Under the pieces are notes generated by a model. It made no database searches. It worked only from the letters and a program-made list of their open reading frames with translations, and had not been told where the DNA came from. From Planctomycetota bacterium (GTDB lineage Bacteria; Planctomycetota; JAJSAM01; JAJVHW01), in the NCBI GenBank assembly GCA_965248445.1, contig CBDFJG010000001.1:590058-654057 (forward strand): a DNA stretch of 64,000 bases. The letters are read 5' to 3'. Position 1 is the stretch's first letter, and every line of letters begins with the position of its first letter. Shown piece after piece: positions 9,611 through 19,639 of this stretch. Made by a program: the position numbers and the translations under genes.

Positions 9611-10677
9611 TGATCGCGACGGCCGGACCGTCGACGCGATTCAAGATCGCCATCGCCGGTGCCAGCGGCTACGGCGGCGCGGAGATGCTCCGCTGGATCG
9701 CGGTGCACCCCAATCTCGAGGCGTGCGCGGTGACGTCGCGCCGCAACCAGGGGCGCGCCGTGCCGGAGGTGCACCCGAATCTGGCCGGCTTCCACGACGA
9801 CCTGAACTTCGTCGGTAACGTCGACGACATGCTCGCGACGGAGCCGCAGGCAGTCGTGCTCGCCGTGCCGCACAAGACCGCTGCCGACATGGCGCTGAAG
9901 GTGCAGACGGCACTCCCGGACGTCCCGATCGTGGATCTGTCCGGCGACCATCGCCTGGACGACCCGGACTCGTATCGCGCGCACTACGGCGTGACGCACC
10001 CCCACCCCGGCGCACTGACGTCCGGCGAGTGGGTGTACGGGTTGAGCGAGGCAAACCGCGATCGCATCTGCAACGCGCGTCTCATCGCCAACCCCGGCTG
10101 CTACGCGACCGGCGCGGCACTCGCCGCGCTGCCGCTCTCGGAAGAAGGGCTGATCGCCGGACCGGTGCGGCACGTGGCGATCACCGGCTCGTCCGGCGGG
10201 GGCGTCGAAGCAAGACGCGGAACTCACCATCCCGAACGGGTCGAGAACGTGCGCGCATACAAGGTGCTGGCGCATCAGCACGTGCCCGAAATCGTGCGGT
10301 GCCTGCGCGAACACGGGATGGGCGACCACGCGTGGCACATGGTCCCGCAGTCCGGTCCGTTCGCCCGCGGCATCCTGACGACGCTGTTCGTCGAGCTCAC
10401 GCGAGAGATGACGGGCGACGAGTTGCGCGGCATCTACGACGGCGCGTTCGAGAACGAGCCTTTCGTGCGCATGCGCGACGGCTCGCCGCAGATCGCCCAC
10501 GTGCACGGCACGAACTTCTGCGACATCGCCGTGCACGTGGATGGCAAACAGGCAGTCGTGCTGTCGGCGATCGACAACCTCGGCAAGGGCATGGCCGGAC
10601 AGGCCGTGCAGAACCTGAATCTCCTCCTCGGCCTGAACGAGGCCGCTGGCATCGCGGTGCCCGGGAGCCGGCCGTGA
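9610..10677 (+). CDS. argC: N-acyl-gamma-glutamyl-phosphate reductase
   Basis: GASGYGG, DLSGDHRL, IANPGCYAT and IDNLGKGMAGQAVQN. Confidence 0.95.
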   Translation: MIATAGPSTRFKIAIAGASGYGGAEMLRWIAVHPNLEACAVTSRRNQGRAVPEVHPNLAGFHDDLNFVGNVDDMLATEPQAVVLAVPHKTAADMALKVQTALPDVPIVDLSGDHRLDDPDSYRAHYGVTHPHPGALTSGEWVYGLSEANRDRICNARLIANPGCYATGAALAALPLSEEGLIAGPVRHVAITGSSGGGVEARRGTHHPERVENVRAYKVLAHQHVPEIVRCLREHGMGDHAWHMVPQSGPFARGILTTLFVELTREMTGDELRGIYDGAFENEPFVRMRDGSPQIAHVHGTNFCDIAVHVDGKQAVVLSAIDNLGKGMAGQAVQNLNLLLGLNEAAGIAVPGSRP

Positions 10678-11840
10678 CCGAGGATATCCGCGACGCCGAG
10701 GCGCGGTACGGCATCCCGACGTACTCGCAGCTCCCGCTCACACTGGTGCGCGGCGAGGGCTGCTACGTCTGGGACAGCGACGGCAACCGACACCTCGATC
10801 TCTACGGCGGGCACGCGGTTGCGCTGACCGGGCATTGCCACCCGCGCGTCGTGGCGGCGATCCGAGAGCAGGCAGGCAAGCTGCTCTTCTACAGCAACGC
10901 CGTGTCGAGCGACGTGCGTGCACGCGCACTCGAAGACCTGGCAGCGACGGCGCCCGAAGACGGCTTCCGCGTGTTCCTCTGTAACTCGGGGACAGAGGCG
11001 AACGAAGCCGCCATCAAGCTGGCGCGAAAGACGACCGGACGCCGTGAGGTCCTCTCGATGGAGGGCGGTTTCCACGGCCGCACGATGGGATCGCTGTCGG
11101 CGACACACCTCGGCCACTACCTCGCGGACTACGCCCCCGGAGTGCCGGGACACCGGTTCATCCCGTTCGGCGACCTCGACGCCGCAAGCGCCGCGATCAG
11201 CAGCGAGACCGCTTCGGTCATGCTCGAGCCGATCCAGAGCATGGCGGGGATGCAGACCGCCACGGACGAGTACCTGCGCGCGCTCCGCGCGCGGTGCGAC
11301 GAACACGGTGCGCTGCTGCACTTCGACGAGGTGCAGACGGGGCCGGCGCGGACCGGAACCTGGTGGTACGGCGATCACGGCGGGGTCGTGCCGGATCTCA
11401 TCAGCACGGCCAAGGGCCTGGCGAGCGGCGTACCCGCGGGTGCGGTGCTCGCGCGGGCGAACGTCGCCGAGGCGGTTCGGCACGGCGACCAGGGCACGAC
11501 GTTCGGCGGCGGGATGCTCGCGTGCGCGGCGATCTCGGCAACGCTCGCCGTCGTGCGCGACGAGGGCCTGCTCGAGAACGCGACCCGGCGCGGCGCCGAG
11601 ATCACAGAAGGCGTCTCGGCGCTCGCGGGCGTCACGGACGTGCGCGGACGCGGCATGCTGTTAGGGATCGCGCTCGATCGGCCGGCCAAGCCCGTCGTCG
11701 CGGCGCTACGCGATCGAAGGATCCTGACCGGCACGACGGTCGGCGATGCGCACGTCCTGCGCATCCTGTCCCCCATCACACTCGGCGACGCTCAGGTGGC
11801 GACGTTCATCACACAGCTGGGCGAGGTGCTCGATGCGTAA
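10674..11840 (+). CDS. argD: Acylornithine aminotransferase (class III PLP)
   Basis: NSGTEANE, FHGRT, DEVQTG and TAKGL. Confidence 0.92.
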   Translation: MTEDIRDAEARYGIPTYSQLPLTLVRGEGCYVWDSDGNRHLDLYGGHAVALTGHCHPRVVAAIREQAGKLLFYSNAVSSDVRARALEDLAATAPEDGFRVFLCNSGTEANEAAIKLARKTTGRREVLSMEGGFHGRTMGSLSATHLGHYLADYAPGVPGHRFIPFGDLDAASAAISSETASVMLEPIQSMAGMQTATDEYLRALRARCDEHGALLHFDEVQTGPARTGTWWYGDHGGVVPDLISTAKGLASGVPAGAVLARANVAEAVRHGDQGTTFGGGMLACAAISATLAVVRDEGLLENATRRGAEITEGVSALAGVTDVRGRGMLLGIALDRPAKPVVAALRDRRILTGTTVGDAHVLRILSPITLGDAQVATFITQLGEVLDA

Positions 11841-12834
11841 CCTGCTCTCGCTGGCGGACCTGCCGGGCAGGGAACTGGAAACCCTCCTCGCAGAGGCCGC
11901 GCGCATCGCGCGTGACGGCCCGGATCCCACGGCCCTGCGCGGCAAGCGCGTCGCTCTGCTCTTCCTCAACCCATCGCTGCGCACGCGCACGTCGATGGAA
12001 CTCGCCGCCAAGACGCAGGGGGCGCACTCCGTCACGCTCGTGCCCGGCGCCGACGCTTGGAAGGTGGAGCTCGAACGCGGCGCGGTCATGAATGGAGAGG
12101 CTGCGGAGCACATGGTGGACGCGATCCGCGTGCTCTCGCGCATGTGCGACGGGATCGGCGTCCGCACGTTCGCTGGATTGCGCGACGCCGACGAGGACCG
12201 GCAGGAGCGCGTGCTCTCTCTCATCGCGGAGGAGAGCACCGTTCCCGTCGTGAACATGGAGTCGGCTTTGGATCACCCGCTCCAGGCGCTGGCCGACCTG
12301 CAGACGCTGCAGGAGGAACTGGGTGATCTGCGCGGTGCGCCGGTCGCGCTGACGTGGGCGCCTCATCCGAAGGCGCTGCCGATGGCGGCGGCCGCCGCTT
12401 TCCTGCGCGGTGCCGCGCGCGTGGGCGCGGACGTCCGCGTCGCCGCCCCCGAGGGGTTCGCGCTGCCGGACGAACTCGTGGAGGAGGCGCGCACGCTGCT
12501 TCCCGGCACCGGCAGCGTCTCCACCACGAACGACCAGCGAGCGGCCGTGCAAGGCGTGCGCGCCGTGTACGCCAAGGCCTGGGCGGCTCCGGCTCTCTAC
12601 GCGGATGCGGCCGCCGGAAGCGCTGGACGCGATCGAAACGCCGCCTGGACCGTCACGGAGGGTCTGATGGCGGAGGGCGCCGACGCGGTGTTCCTCCACT
12701 GCCTCCCCGTGCGCCGCAACGTGGTCGTCACGGACGAGGTGCTGGACGGGCCGCGCAGCCGCGTGTACCGCGAAGCGGAGCACCGGTATCACACGGCTTG
12801 CGCCGTGCTGAGCCGCGTGCTGGGAGGCGCGTGA
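11833..12834 (+). CDS. argF': N-acylornithine carbamoyltransferase (ArgF' type)
   Basis: SLRT (not STRT), HPLQ, LTWAPHPKALP and HCLPVRRN are diagnostic of the acetyl/succinyl-ornithine transcarbamylase subfamily. Confidence 0.9.
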   Translation: MRNLLSLADLPGRELETLLAEAARIARDGPDPTALRGKRVALLFLNPSLRTRTSMELAAKTQGAHSVTLVPGADAWKVELERGAVMNGEAAEHMVDAIRVLSRMCDGIGVRTFAGLRDADEDRQERVLSLIAEESTVPVVNMESALDHPLQALADLQTLQEELGDLRGAPVALTWAPHPKALPMAAAAAFLRGAARVGADVRVAAPEGFALPDELVEEARTLLPGTGSVSTTNDQRAAVQGVRAVYAKAWAAPALYADAAAGSAGRDRNAAWTVTEGLMAEGADAVFLHCLPVRRNVVVTDEVLDGPRSRVYREAEHRYHTACAVLSRVLGGA

Positions 12835-13745
12835 TGGACGACGTGAAGATCCTGATGCAGGCGCTGCCCTACATCCGCGCGCACCGCGGGAAGACGTTCG
12901 TCGTCAAGTTCGGCGGCGCGGTCGTGGAGAACACGGAGGCCTTGGCCACTCTCGCAAAGGACGTGTCCCTGCTCACGAGCGTCGGCATCGACATCTGCAT
13001 CGTCCACGGTGGCGGGCCGCAGGCGACGGCGATGTCCGAGAAGCTCGGCCTCGCGCCGAAGTTCGTCGAGGGTCGCCGCATCACGGACGCCGACACGCTC
13101 GAGATCGCGAAGATGGTCTTCGCGGGCAAGATCAACCTCGAGATCCTCGGCGCCCTGCGCGCGCAGGGCTTGAGTGCGGTCGGGCTCTCCGGGGTCTCCG
13201 GCGACCTCGTGCAGGCCGTCCGTCGCCAACCCACGGAGTATCGCGACGACGATACGGGCGAGAAGCGTGTGGTCGACATGGGCCACGTGGGCGACATCGA
13301 AAGTGTCGACACGTACCTGCTCCGAGAGCTGATGGACACGGGCCACGTACCGGTCGTGAGTTCGCTGGCCGCGGACGGTGACGGCAACTTCCTGAACATC
13401 AACGCCGACACGGTCGCGACGGCCATGGCGGTCGATCTCGCGGCCGACAAGTTCCTGCTGATGACCAACGTCGACGGCATCCTCCGCGACAAGGACGACC
13501 CGTCGTCCCTCGTCGCGACCGTGACCGCCGCCGAGGCGGAGAAGCTGATCGAGGACGGTGTGATCGCCAGGGGCATGATCCCGAAGGTCAACAACGCCCT
13601 CGACGCGCTGCGCGGCGGCGTGGATCGCGTGCACATCCTGAACGGCGAGCGTCCGCACACGCTCCTGACCGAGCTGCTCACGAAGCGCGGCAACGGCACC
13701 TTGCTCACGCTGGAAGAACAGCCGCCGGGGTACCTCATCGGATGA
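12834..13745 (+). CDS. argB: Acylglutamate kinase
   Basis: VVKFGG, VHGGGPQ, GRRITD, NINAD and GMIPK. No fused GNAT domain. Confidence 0.95.
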   Translation: MDDVKILMQALPYIRAHRGKTFVVKFGGAVVENTEALATLAKDVSLLTSVGIDICIVHGGGPQATAMSEKLGLAPKFVEGRRITDADTLEIAKMVFAGKINLEILGALRAQGLSAVGLSGVSGDLVQAVRRQPTEYRDDDTGEKRVVDMGHVGDIESVDTYLLRELMDTGHVPVVSSLAADGDGNFLNINADTVATAMAVDLAADKFLLMTNVDGILRDKDDPSSLVATVTAAEAEKLIEDGVIARGMIPKVNNALDALRGGVDRVHILNGERPHTLLTELLTKRGNGTLLTLEEQPPGYLIG

Positions 13746-14830
13746 GCACGCCGGTGTTCACCGCGGACGACCCGGTCGACCTGACCGTGCGCCTGGTCGA
13801 GACGCCGTCGGTCTCCGGCGGTGAGTCGGCGGTCGTCGGCCTGATCGCCGAGGGGCTGCGCGCCGCAGGACTGCGGCCGATCGTGACCGGCCGCAACGTG
13901 CATGCCGTCGTAGAGGGCAAGCGCCCTGGCCGCCACACGCTCCTGCTGCAGGGGCACATCGACACGGTGCCCGCTGGACAGGATTGGACCCGCGATCCGT
14001 GGCGCGCGTCGCGAGAGGACGGGCGGATCTACGGCCTCGGGTCCAACGACACGAAGGGCGGCGTCGCCGCGATGATCTGCGCTTTCGCGGACCTCGCGAA
14101 GACGCGGGACTTCGGCGGGACGCTCGTGTTCGCTGCCACATGCGATGAGGAGACCGGCGGCGAGGGCCTCGAGACACTGCGCCCCCACCTGCCGCCGCTG
14201 ACCGGCGCGGTGATCGCTGAGCCGACGACGCTGCGAGTCTGCACGGCTCAGCGCGGGTTGATGCGAATCGTCGTCGCGTGCCACGGCCGTTCCGCGCACG
14301 CGTCGCGACCGTGGCAAGGCAGCAACGCGATCGAGTTGGCGCTGGCCGACATCGCGGCTCTCCGCGCGATCGAGGCGCCGGACGTGCACCCGCTGCTCGG
14401 ACGCACGACCTGCACGCCCACCATGATCGAAGGCGGCGTCGGGTCCAACGTCGTCCCGCCGCTCTGCCGCTACACACTCGACGTGCGCCCCACGCCCAAC
14501 TACCCGAACGCGTGGTGGGAGGAGCGCATCCGGGCCACGGTCCAGGGCGAGATCGAGGTGTTCCGGGGTCGCATGGTGCCGGTGGAGACCGAGCCCGGAG
14601 ACCGGCTCGTGCAGGCGGCACTCCTGGCGGCCGCCACCGGCGACGCGGCACCGTTCGGCGGCGTCAGCGATCTGTTCCACGTGCGCGACGTCGCCGGCGT
14701 CGTGCTCGGTCCAGGGCGCTCGGAGCAGAGCCACTCCCCCGACGAGTGGGTGGAGGAAGAACAGGTGCGTGCGGCGGTCGCCGTGTACCGCGACCTTGTG
14801 CTGAGTTACCTGACGGGAGAGGCCGCATGA
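13742..14830 (+). CDS. argE: M20-family deacylase (ArgE-like)
   Basis: GHIDTVP, GLGSNDTKGG, DEE, AEPT and SH.PDE, plus operon context. Confidence 0.85.
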   Translation: MSTPVFTADDPVDLTVRLVETPSVSGGESAVVGLIAEGLRAAGLRPIVTGRNVHAVVEGKRPGRHTLLLQGHIDTVPAGQDWTRDPWRASREDGRIYGLGSNDTKGGVAAMICAFADLAKTRDFGGTLVFAATCDEETGGEGLETLRPHLPPLTGAVIAEPTTLRVCTAQRGLMRIVVACHGRSAHASRPWQGSNAIELALADIAALRAIEAPDVHPLLGRTTCTPTMIEGGVGSNVVPPLCRYTLDVRPTPNYPNAWWEERIRATVQGEIEVFRGRMVPVETEPGDRLVQAALLAAATGDAAPFGGVSDLFHVRDVAGVVLGPGRSEQSHSPDEWVEEEQVRAAVAVYRDLVLSYLTGEAA

Positions 14831-16245
14831 CCAAACGCAAGAACCCCGCGACATCGCGCACATCCAAGCGGGGCCTGTGGGGCGCACGGTTCGACGGCGG
14901 ACCGTCGGCCGCGATGCGCGCGATCGGGGACTCGCTGCACGTCGATCAGCGTCTCGTGGACCAGGACCTCCGCGGGTCGATCGCTCACGCGCGCATGCTC
15001 GGAGACCAGGGCATCCTACGGAAGGCCGACGCACGGAAGATCGTGAGCGAGCTCGGCAAGATGCGACGCGAGATCGCGCGCGGGGAACTCGTCGTGGAGG
15101 GCGCCGACGAGGACGTCCACTCCTGGATCGAACGCGTCCTGACGGAGCGGATCGGCGACGACGGCGCACGGCTGCACACGGCCCGAAGCCGCAACGATCA
15201 GGTTGCCACGGCGTTCCGCCTCTTCCTGCGGGACGGGACCGCGGAGGTCAACGACGCTCTGCGCGCACTGCAGTCGTCTCTGGTCGCGCGGGCGGCCGAG
15301 ATGATCGGCGTCATCGTGCCGGCGTACACGCACCTCCAGCGGGGCCAACCTGTGCTTCTGTCGCACCAGTTCCTGGCCTACGTGGAGATGCTCGAGCGCG
15401 ACCGCGGACGGTTCCTCGACCAGGCGCGCCGCATGAACGAGTGCCCGCTCGGCGCGGGCGCGGCAACCGGCGTGCCGTATCCCATCGACCGCGCCGCGAC
15501 GGCGAAGGAACTCCTGTTCGATCGGCCGACAGCCAACTCCATGGACAGCGTGGCGGATCGCGACTTCGCTGCGGAGTGGCTGGCCGCAGCGGCAATCCTC
15601 GCCGTGCATCTCTCGCGGCTGGCCGAGGACATCTGCCTATGGGCGTCGTCCGAGTTCGGGCTTCTCTCGCTCGGCGACGCGGTCTCGACGGGCTCGTCGA
15701 TCATGCCTCAGAAGCGCAACCCCGACGGCGCGGAGCTTGTGCGCGGGAAGGCCGGTCGCGTGATCGGCTCGCTGGTGTCCCTTCTGACGACCCTCAAGGC
15801 GCTGCCGCTGACGTACAACCGCGACCTGCAGGAGGACAAGGAGGTCGTGTTCGACGCGCTCGACACGTCCCTCGTGTGCCTGCGCATGCTGGACGACACG
15901 CTCGCAGAGAGCCGCTTCGTGCCGGAGGCGGCCGCGCGGCTGCTCGAGGGCGGACACCTGCTGGCGACGGAACTGGCGGACTTCCTCGTCGGGAAGGGCG
16001 TCCCGTTCCGACTCGCGCACGAGGCGGTCGGCGAGGTTGTGAAGGAGTGCGACGACCGAGGCGTCGACCTCTCCGAGCTGTCGGAGGAGGACCTGGTCGC
16101 GCTGCACCCGCGCTTCGCGGACTGCGCAGAGACACTCGACTTCGCCAGCGCCGTGGATCGGCGCGACCACCTCGGGGGCACGGCGACGAAGCGCGTACGC
16201 GCTGCCATCCGCAAGTGGGTGCGCCGCCTCGCGCCGCGGAGGTAG
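14827..16245 (+). CDS. argH: Argininosuccinate lyase
   Basis: LWGARF, RSRNDQV, YTHLQ, GSSIMPQKRNPD and YNRDLQEDK. No ArgA fusion. Confidence 0.96.
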   Translation: MTKRKNPATSRTSKRGLWGARFDGGPSAAMRAIGDSLHVDQRLVDQDLRGSIAHARMLGDQGILRKADARKIVSELGKMRREIARGELVVEGADEDVHSWIERVLTERIGDDGARLHTARSRNDQVATAFRLFLRDGTAEVNDALRALQSSLVARAAEMIGVIVPAYTHLQRGQPVLLSHQFLAYVEMLERDRGRFLDQARRMNECPLGAGAATGVPYPIDRAATAKELLFDRPTANSMDSVADRDFAAEWLAAAAILAVHLSRLAEDICLWASSEFGLLSLGDAVSTGSSIMPQKRNPDGAELVRGKAGRVIGSLVSLLTTLKALPLTYNRDLQEDKEVVFDALDTSLVCLRMLDDTLAESRFVPEAAARLLEGGHLLATELADFLVGKGVPFRLAHEAVGEVVKECDDRGVDLSELSEEDLVALHPRFADCAETLDFASAVDRRDHLGGTATKRVRAAIRKWVRRLAPRR

Positions 16246-16254
16246 TCGATCCGG

Positions 16255-16833
16255 ATGGAACTCGACGACGCCGTCGTGCGCAACGCTTTGCGCCCCGCCA
16301 CCGGAGACTGGCGATCGTCGAACGACCTGAAGGACGCCGCCGTACTTCTGCCGTTGCTGCGTCGGGACGGCGCCGATCACCTGCTCTTCACGCTGCGCCG
16401 CGCGGACCTGCCCGACCACCCAGGCCAGGTTGCGTTCCCCGGCGGGTCACGCGACGCGGGCGAGGATGTCGTGACGTGCGCCCTGCGCGAGACCGAGGAG
16501 GAGGTCGGGCTCCCGGCCGACCTGCTGACGCCGCTCGGCCGCCTGCCGGAGCGCGTCTCGATCGCGGGCTTTCTCGTCGCGCCGGTCGTTGCGCGGCTCA
16601 CACGTGAGCATCCGCCCGTGCCGGATCTGCGCGAGGTCGAGGACGTCTTCGACGTCCCACTCTCCGCACTCCTCGACAAGAGCCTCTGGCGTTTCGAGTC
16701 GCTCTCGACACCTCGGGGCAACTTCAACCACATCCCGTACTTCGACGGCGGACGCCACACTGTCTGGGGACTGACCGCCGTGATCGCCCGCGACTTCCTG
16801 CGCAGCGTGCTGGAGTTCGATCCGGGCCCGTGA
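16255..16833 (+). CDS. Nudix hydrolase, CoA pyrophosphatase subfamily
   Basis: AAVLLPL, HPGQVAFPGG..D....CALRETEEEVG and VWGLTA. Confidence 0.9.
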   Translation: MELDDAVVRNALRPATGDWRSSNDLKDAAVLLPLLRRDGADHLLFTLRRADLPDHPGQVAFPGGSRDAGEDVVTCALRETEEEVGLPADLLTPLGRLPERVSIAGFLVAPVVARLTREHPPVPDLREVEDVFDVPLSALLDKSLWRFESLSTPRGNFNHIPYFDGGRHTVWGLTAVIARDFLRSVLEFDPGP

Positions 16834-18200
16834 CCGACTCGACGTTCGAGTTGACGTCCTTCGTGCAGGCAACGCCGCAGACAGTGTTCGACTGGCATGC
16901 ACGACCGGGTGCGCTCGAACGCCTCGCTCCGCCGTGGGAGCGCGTCGAATTCCTGCAGAAGGCTCCGCTCAGCGTCGGCAGCCAGGTGGTGCTCCGCGTG
17001 TCGGCACCCTGGCCCCGCAGGTGGGTGATTGAGCACATCGAGGTGCAACCGGGCAGGTCCTTCCGCGACGTGTAGGTGACTGGGCCCTTCGGGAAGTTCG
17101 ACCACCAGCACCTCTTTGCAGCCCAAGCGGTGGGTTGCCTGTACTCGGACCGTATCGTCTACCAGTTGCCACTCGGGCGGCTGGGTCACGCCGTGGGGAG
17201 CGGCGTGTTGCGCGCGAAGCTCGCGCGGTCATTCGCGTATAGGCATCGGACAGTGTGCGGCGATCTCGCCGCCCGACGTGCGTTGCCATCGGAGCAGACC
17301 ATGTTGATCGCGATCACTGGCGCCGGCGGGCTCGTCGGGCGCGCCCTGGTACCGTTCTTGACCACCGGCGGGGACGAGGTCGTGCGGCTCGTCCGCCGCG
17401 ACCCGAGTTCCGAGGACGAGGTCGCGTGGAGCCCCGCCGACGGGACCGTCGACACGCGCGGTCTGCGCGGCGTGGACGCCGTCGTGCACCTGGCCGGCGA
17501 GGGCATCGCCGACGGGCGCTGGAACGCCGCCAAGAAGGAGCGCATCCGCGCCAGCCGCGTGGACGGCACGGCAGCCATCGCGAAGGCCATCGCCTCGATG
17601 GACGAGCCCCCGCGCGTGCTCGTGTGCGCGTCTGCCATCGGGTTCTACGGCGACCGCGGCGACGAAGAACTGACCGAGGACAGCGCCGCCGGGACAGGGT
17701 TCCTCCCGGAGGTCTGCCAGGCCTGGGAAGACGCTGCCGCTCCCGCCAGGGAAGCGGGAATCCGCGTCGTGAATCTGCGCATCGGCATCGTGCTGTCCGC
17801 GCGCGGCGGCGCCCTCCACAAGATGCTGACGCCCTTCAAGCTCGGTGCGGGCGGAGTGATCGGCAGCGGCGACCAGTGGATGAGCTGGATCGCGATCGAC
17901 GACGTGCTGGGAGCGATCCGTCACGCCATCGCACAGGAGCAGATGACGGGTCCGGTGAACGTCGTCGCACCGCAACCCGTGACGAACCGGACGTTCACGA
18001 AGACGCTCGGCCGCGTACTCCGGCGTCCCACCGTTCTCCCGCTCCCGGCGTTCGCCGTGCGGCTGGTGTTCGGACAGATGGGCGAAGATCTGCTGATCGC
18101 CGGACAGCGGGTGCTGCCCCGTCGCCTGGCGGCCCACGGATACGCGCTCCAGTACACCGACCTCGAGACCGCCCTCCGCCATCAGCTCGGCAAGGGCTGA
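16830..18200 (+). pseudogene. SRPBCC + TIGR01777 epimerase fusion interrupted by an in-frame TAG; the epimerase part (ATG 17301) is intact
   Basis: VFDWHARPGALERL.PPW...FRDV*VTGPF continues in frame into ITGAGGLVG, HLAGE, SAIGFYG and SWI..DD. Confidence 0.8.
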
Positions 18201-18228
18201 GTCCCGCTGCGACGACTATCCTGCACGC

Positions 18229-18552
18229 ATGGCGGGTGGATTCCTGGAGGAGCTCACAGACCCGAGTGCGAAGGCCATGCGGTCGCGCACCGTCGCGCAG
18301 ACGGCGCTCGTCCTCGGGGTCTCGTCGCTGGTGTTCGTACCGACGGTCGGACTGCGCGCGCTGCTGCTCTGCCCGGTGGCGTGGCTCATCGGCCACGTCG
18401 ATCGGGCGAACGCGAGGACTCAGGGCAACCGGCCGGACCCGTCAGGCGAACTCGGCCGCTCGATCGGGAAGTTCGTGACGCTCATCGGCGCCGCGCCGGT
18501 CGCGATCTGGGGGTTCGTCTGGTGGCTCCACAGCTGGAGCTTCGGCATATGA
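18229..18552 (+). CDS. Small membrane protein
   Basis: Hydrophobic segments and a plausible GC-rich reading frame. Confidence 0.55.
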   Translation: MAGGFLEELTDPSAKAMRSRTVAQTALVLGVSSLVFVPTVGLRALLLCPVAWLIGHVDRANARTQGNRPDPSGELGRSIGKFVTLIGAAPVAIWGFVWWLHSWSFGI

Positions 18553-18574
18553 ACCCACACTCGAGGCTCGGAAC

Positions 18575-18997
18575 GTGTCGCTGATCCTGCGCTGCCCGAA
18601 GTGCGCGACGGAGATCGTGATTCGCCGCAGGCATCGCGGTGCGACCGTGCCATGCCCCCACGACGGTTGCCCCGGCGACGTCCAGGTACCGCAGGAGTTC
18701 GACTCGCAGGGGCGTGTCCGCGAACTGCTCCAGGACCGCAAGCGCGCCGAGGGGATGACGGCCTTCGCGCTCGCCTCCTGCGTGATCTGGATTCCGATCG
18801 TGCCGGCGTTCGTGTGGTTCCACGCGCTGCGCCGGATCTGGAGTGCGCGCAGAGAGAACCGAGTGGTCACGCTCGACCTCTACACGGCGCGGACAACTGC
18901 GATCGTCGCGTTGATCGGGCAGCTGGCCTGGTACGCCGCGCGGTACGCGCACGAATCCCACGGCGTCGGCTTCAAGCCCTTCATGAGCTGGTGGTAG
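18575..18997 (+). CDS. Zinc-ribbon membrane protein
   Basis: CPKC...CPHDGC followed by hydrophobic helices. Confidence 0.6.
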   Translation: MSLILRCPKCATEIVIRRRHRGATVPCPHDGCPGDVQVPQEFDSQGRVRELLQDRKRAEGMTAFALASCVIWIPIVPAFVWFHALRRIWSARRENRVVTLDLYTARTTAIVALIGQLAWYAARYAHESHGVGFKPFMSWW

Positions 18998-19104
18998 CCC
19001 GCAGCCGGGCCAACGGAACACAGCGGCGCTCTGTGACCTCGGAGGCACCCCGCGCGTCCTGACCTGCGCGACATCTCGGCTCGTATACTCACCCCGGAGG
19101 AGTC

Positions 19105-19632
19105 ATGCCGACCACGGACACAGAGAAGTTCACGCGCCGCGAGTACAACCAATTGCCCGAGGGCTTCCCCGCCTACCTCCTCGACGGCATGCTCGTCCGC
19201 GAGCCTGCCCCGACATTCAGCCATCAGGCGATCGTCGGCGCGTTGTACCTCCGCCTCGTCGCAGTGGCGCCCCGCCGCGTCCTGATGTCGCCGGTGGACG
19301 TCGTCATCGACGACTGGAACGTCCTGCAGCCCGATGTACTGGTGTTCCGTCCCGGCCGGCGGGCCGGGGTCGACACGCCGGCCGAGGAGATCCCAGTGGC
19401 CGTCTTCGAGGTGCTCTCGCCGTCGACCGCTCGTCGCGACCGGAGAGAGAAGACGGCGGCCTACCTGCGCGCCGGGATCGAGGAGGTGTGGCTCGTCGAC
19501 CCCGTCGCCTGCGAGGTCACGATCGTCACCGCTGTCGGTCGGAGCCACCTCTCCGCGAACGAGTACGCGGAGTCGAAGGTGATACCCGGCCTGCGCTTCA
19601 CGTGGTCCGAGATCGTGCGCGACCTGGGCTAG
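19105..19632 (+). CDS. Uma2-family PD-(D/E)xK endonuclease-like protein
   Basis: P...HQ, QPDVLV, EVLSPST...DR..K...Y and WLVDP. GGAGGA RBS. Confidence 0.9.
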   Translation: MPTTDTEKFTRREYNQLPEGFPAYLLDGMLVREPAPTFSHQAIVGALYLRLVAVAPRRVLMSPVDVVIDDWNVLQPDVLVFRPGRRAGVDTPAEEIPVAVFEVLSPSTARRDRREKTAAYLRAGIEEVWLVDPVACEVTIVTAVGRSHLSANEYAESKVIPGLRFTWSEIVRDLG

Positions 19633-19639
19633 CTCGCTT

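Noticed and set aside
17073..17075. TAG recoding (Gln or pyrrolysine)
   Set aside because: TAG ends several clear genes here (argH, lipoprotein 6747-7199, Uma2), and there is only this one internal case.
19105..19632. Uma2 as part of a restriction or defence system
   Set aside because: Stand-alone gene with no partner nearby.
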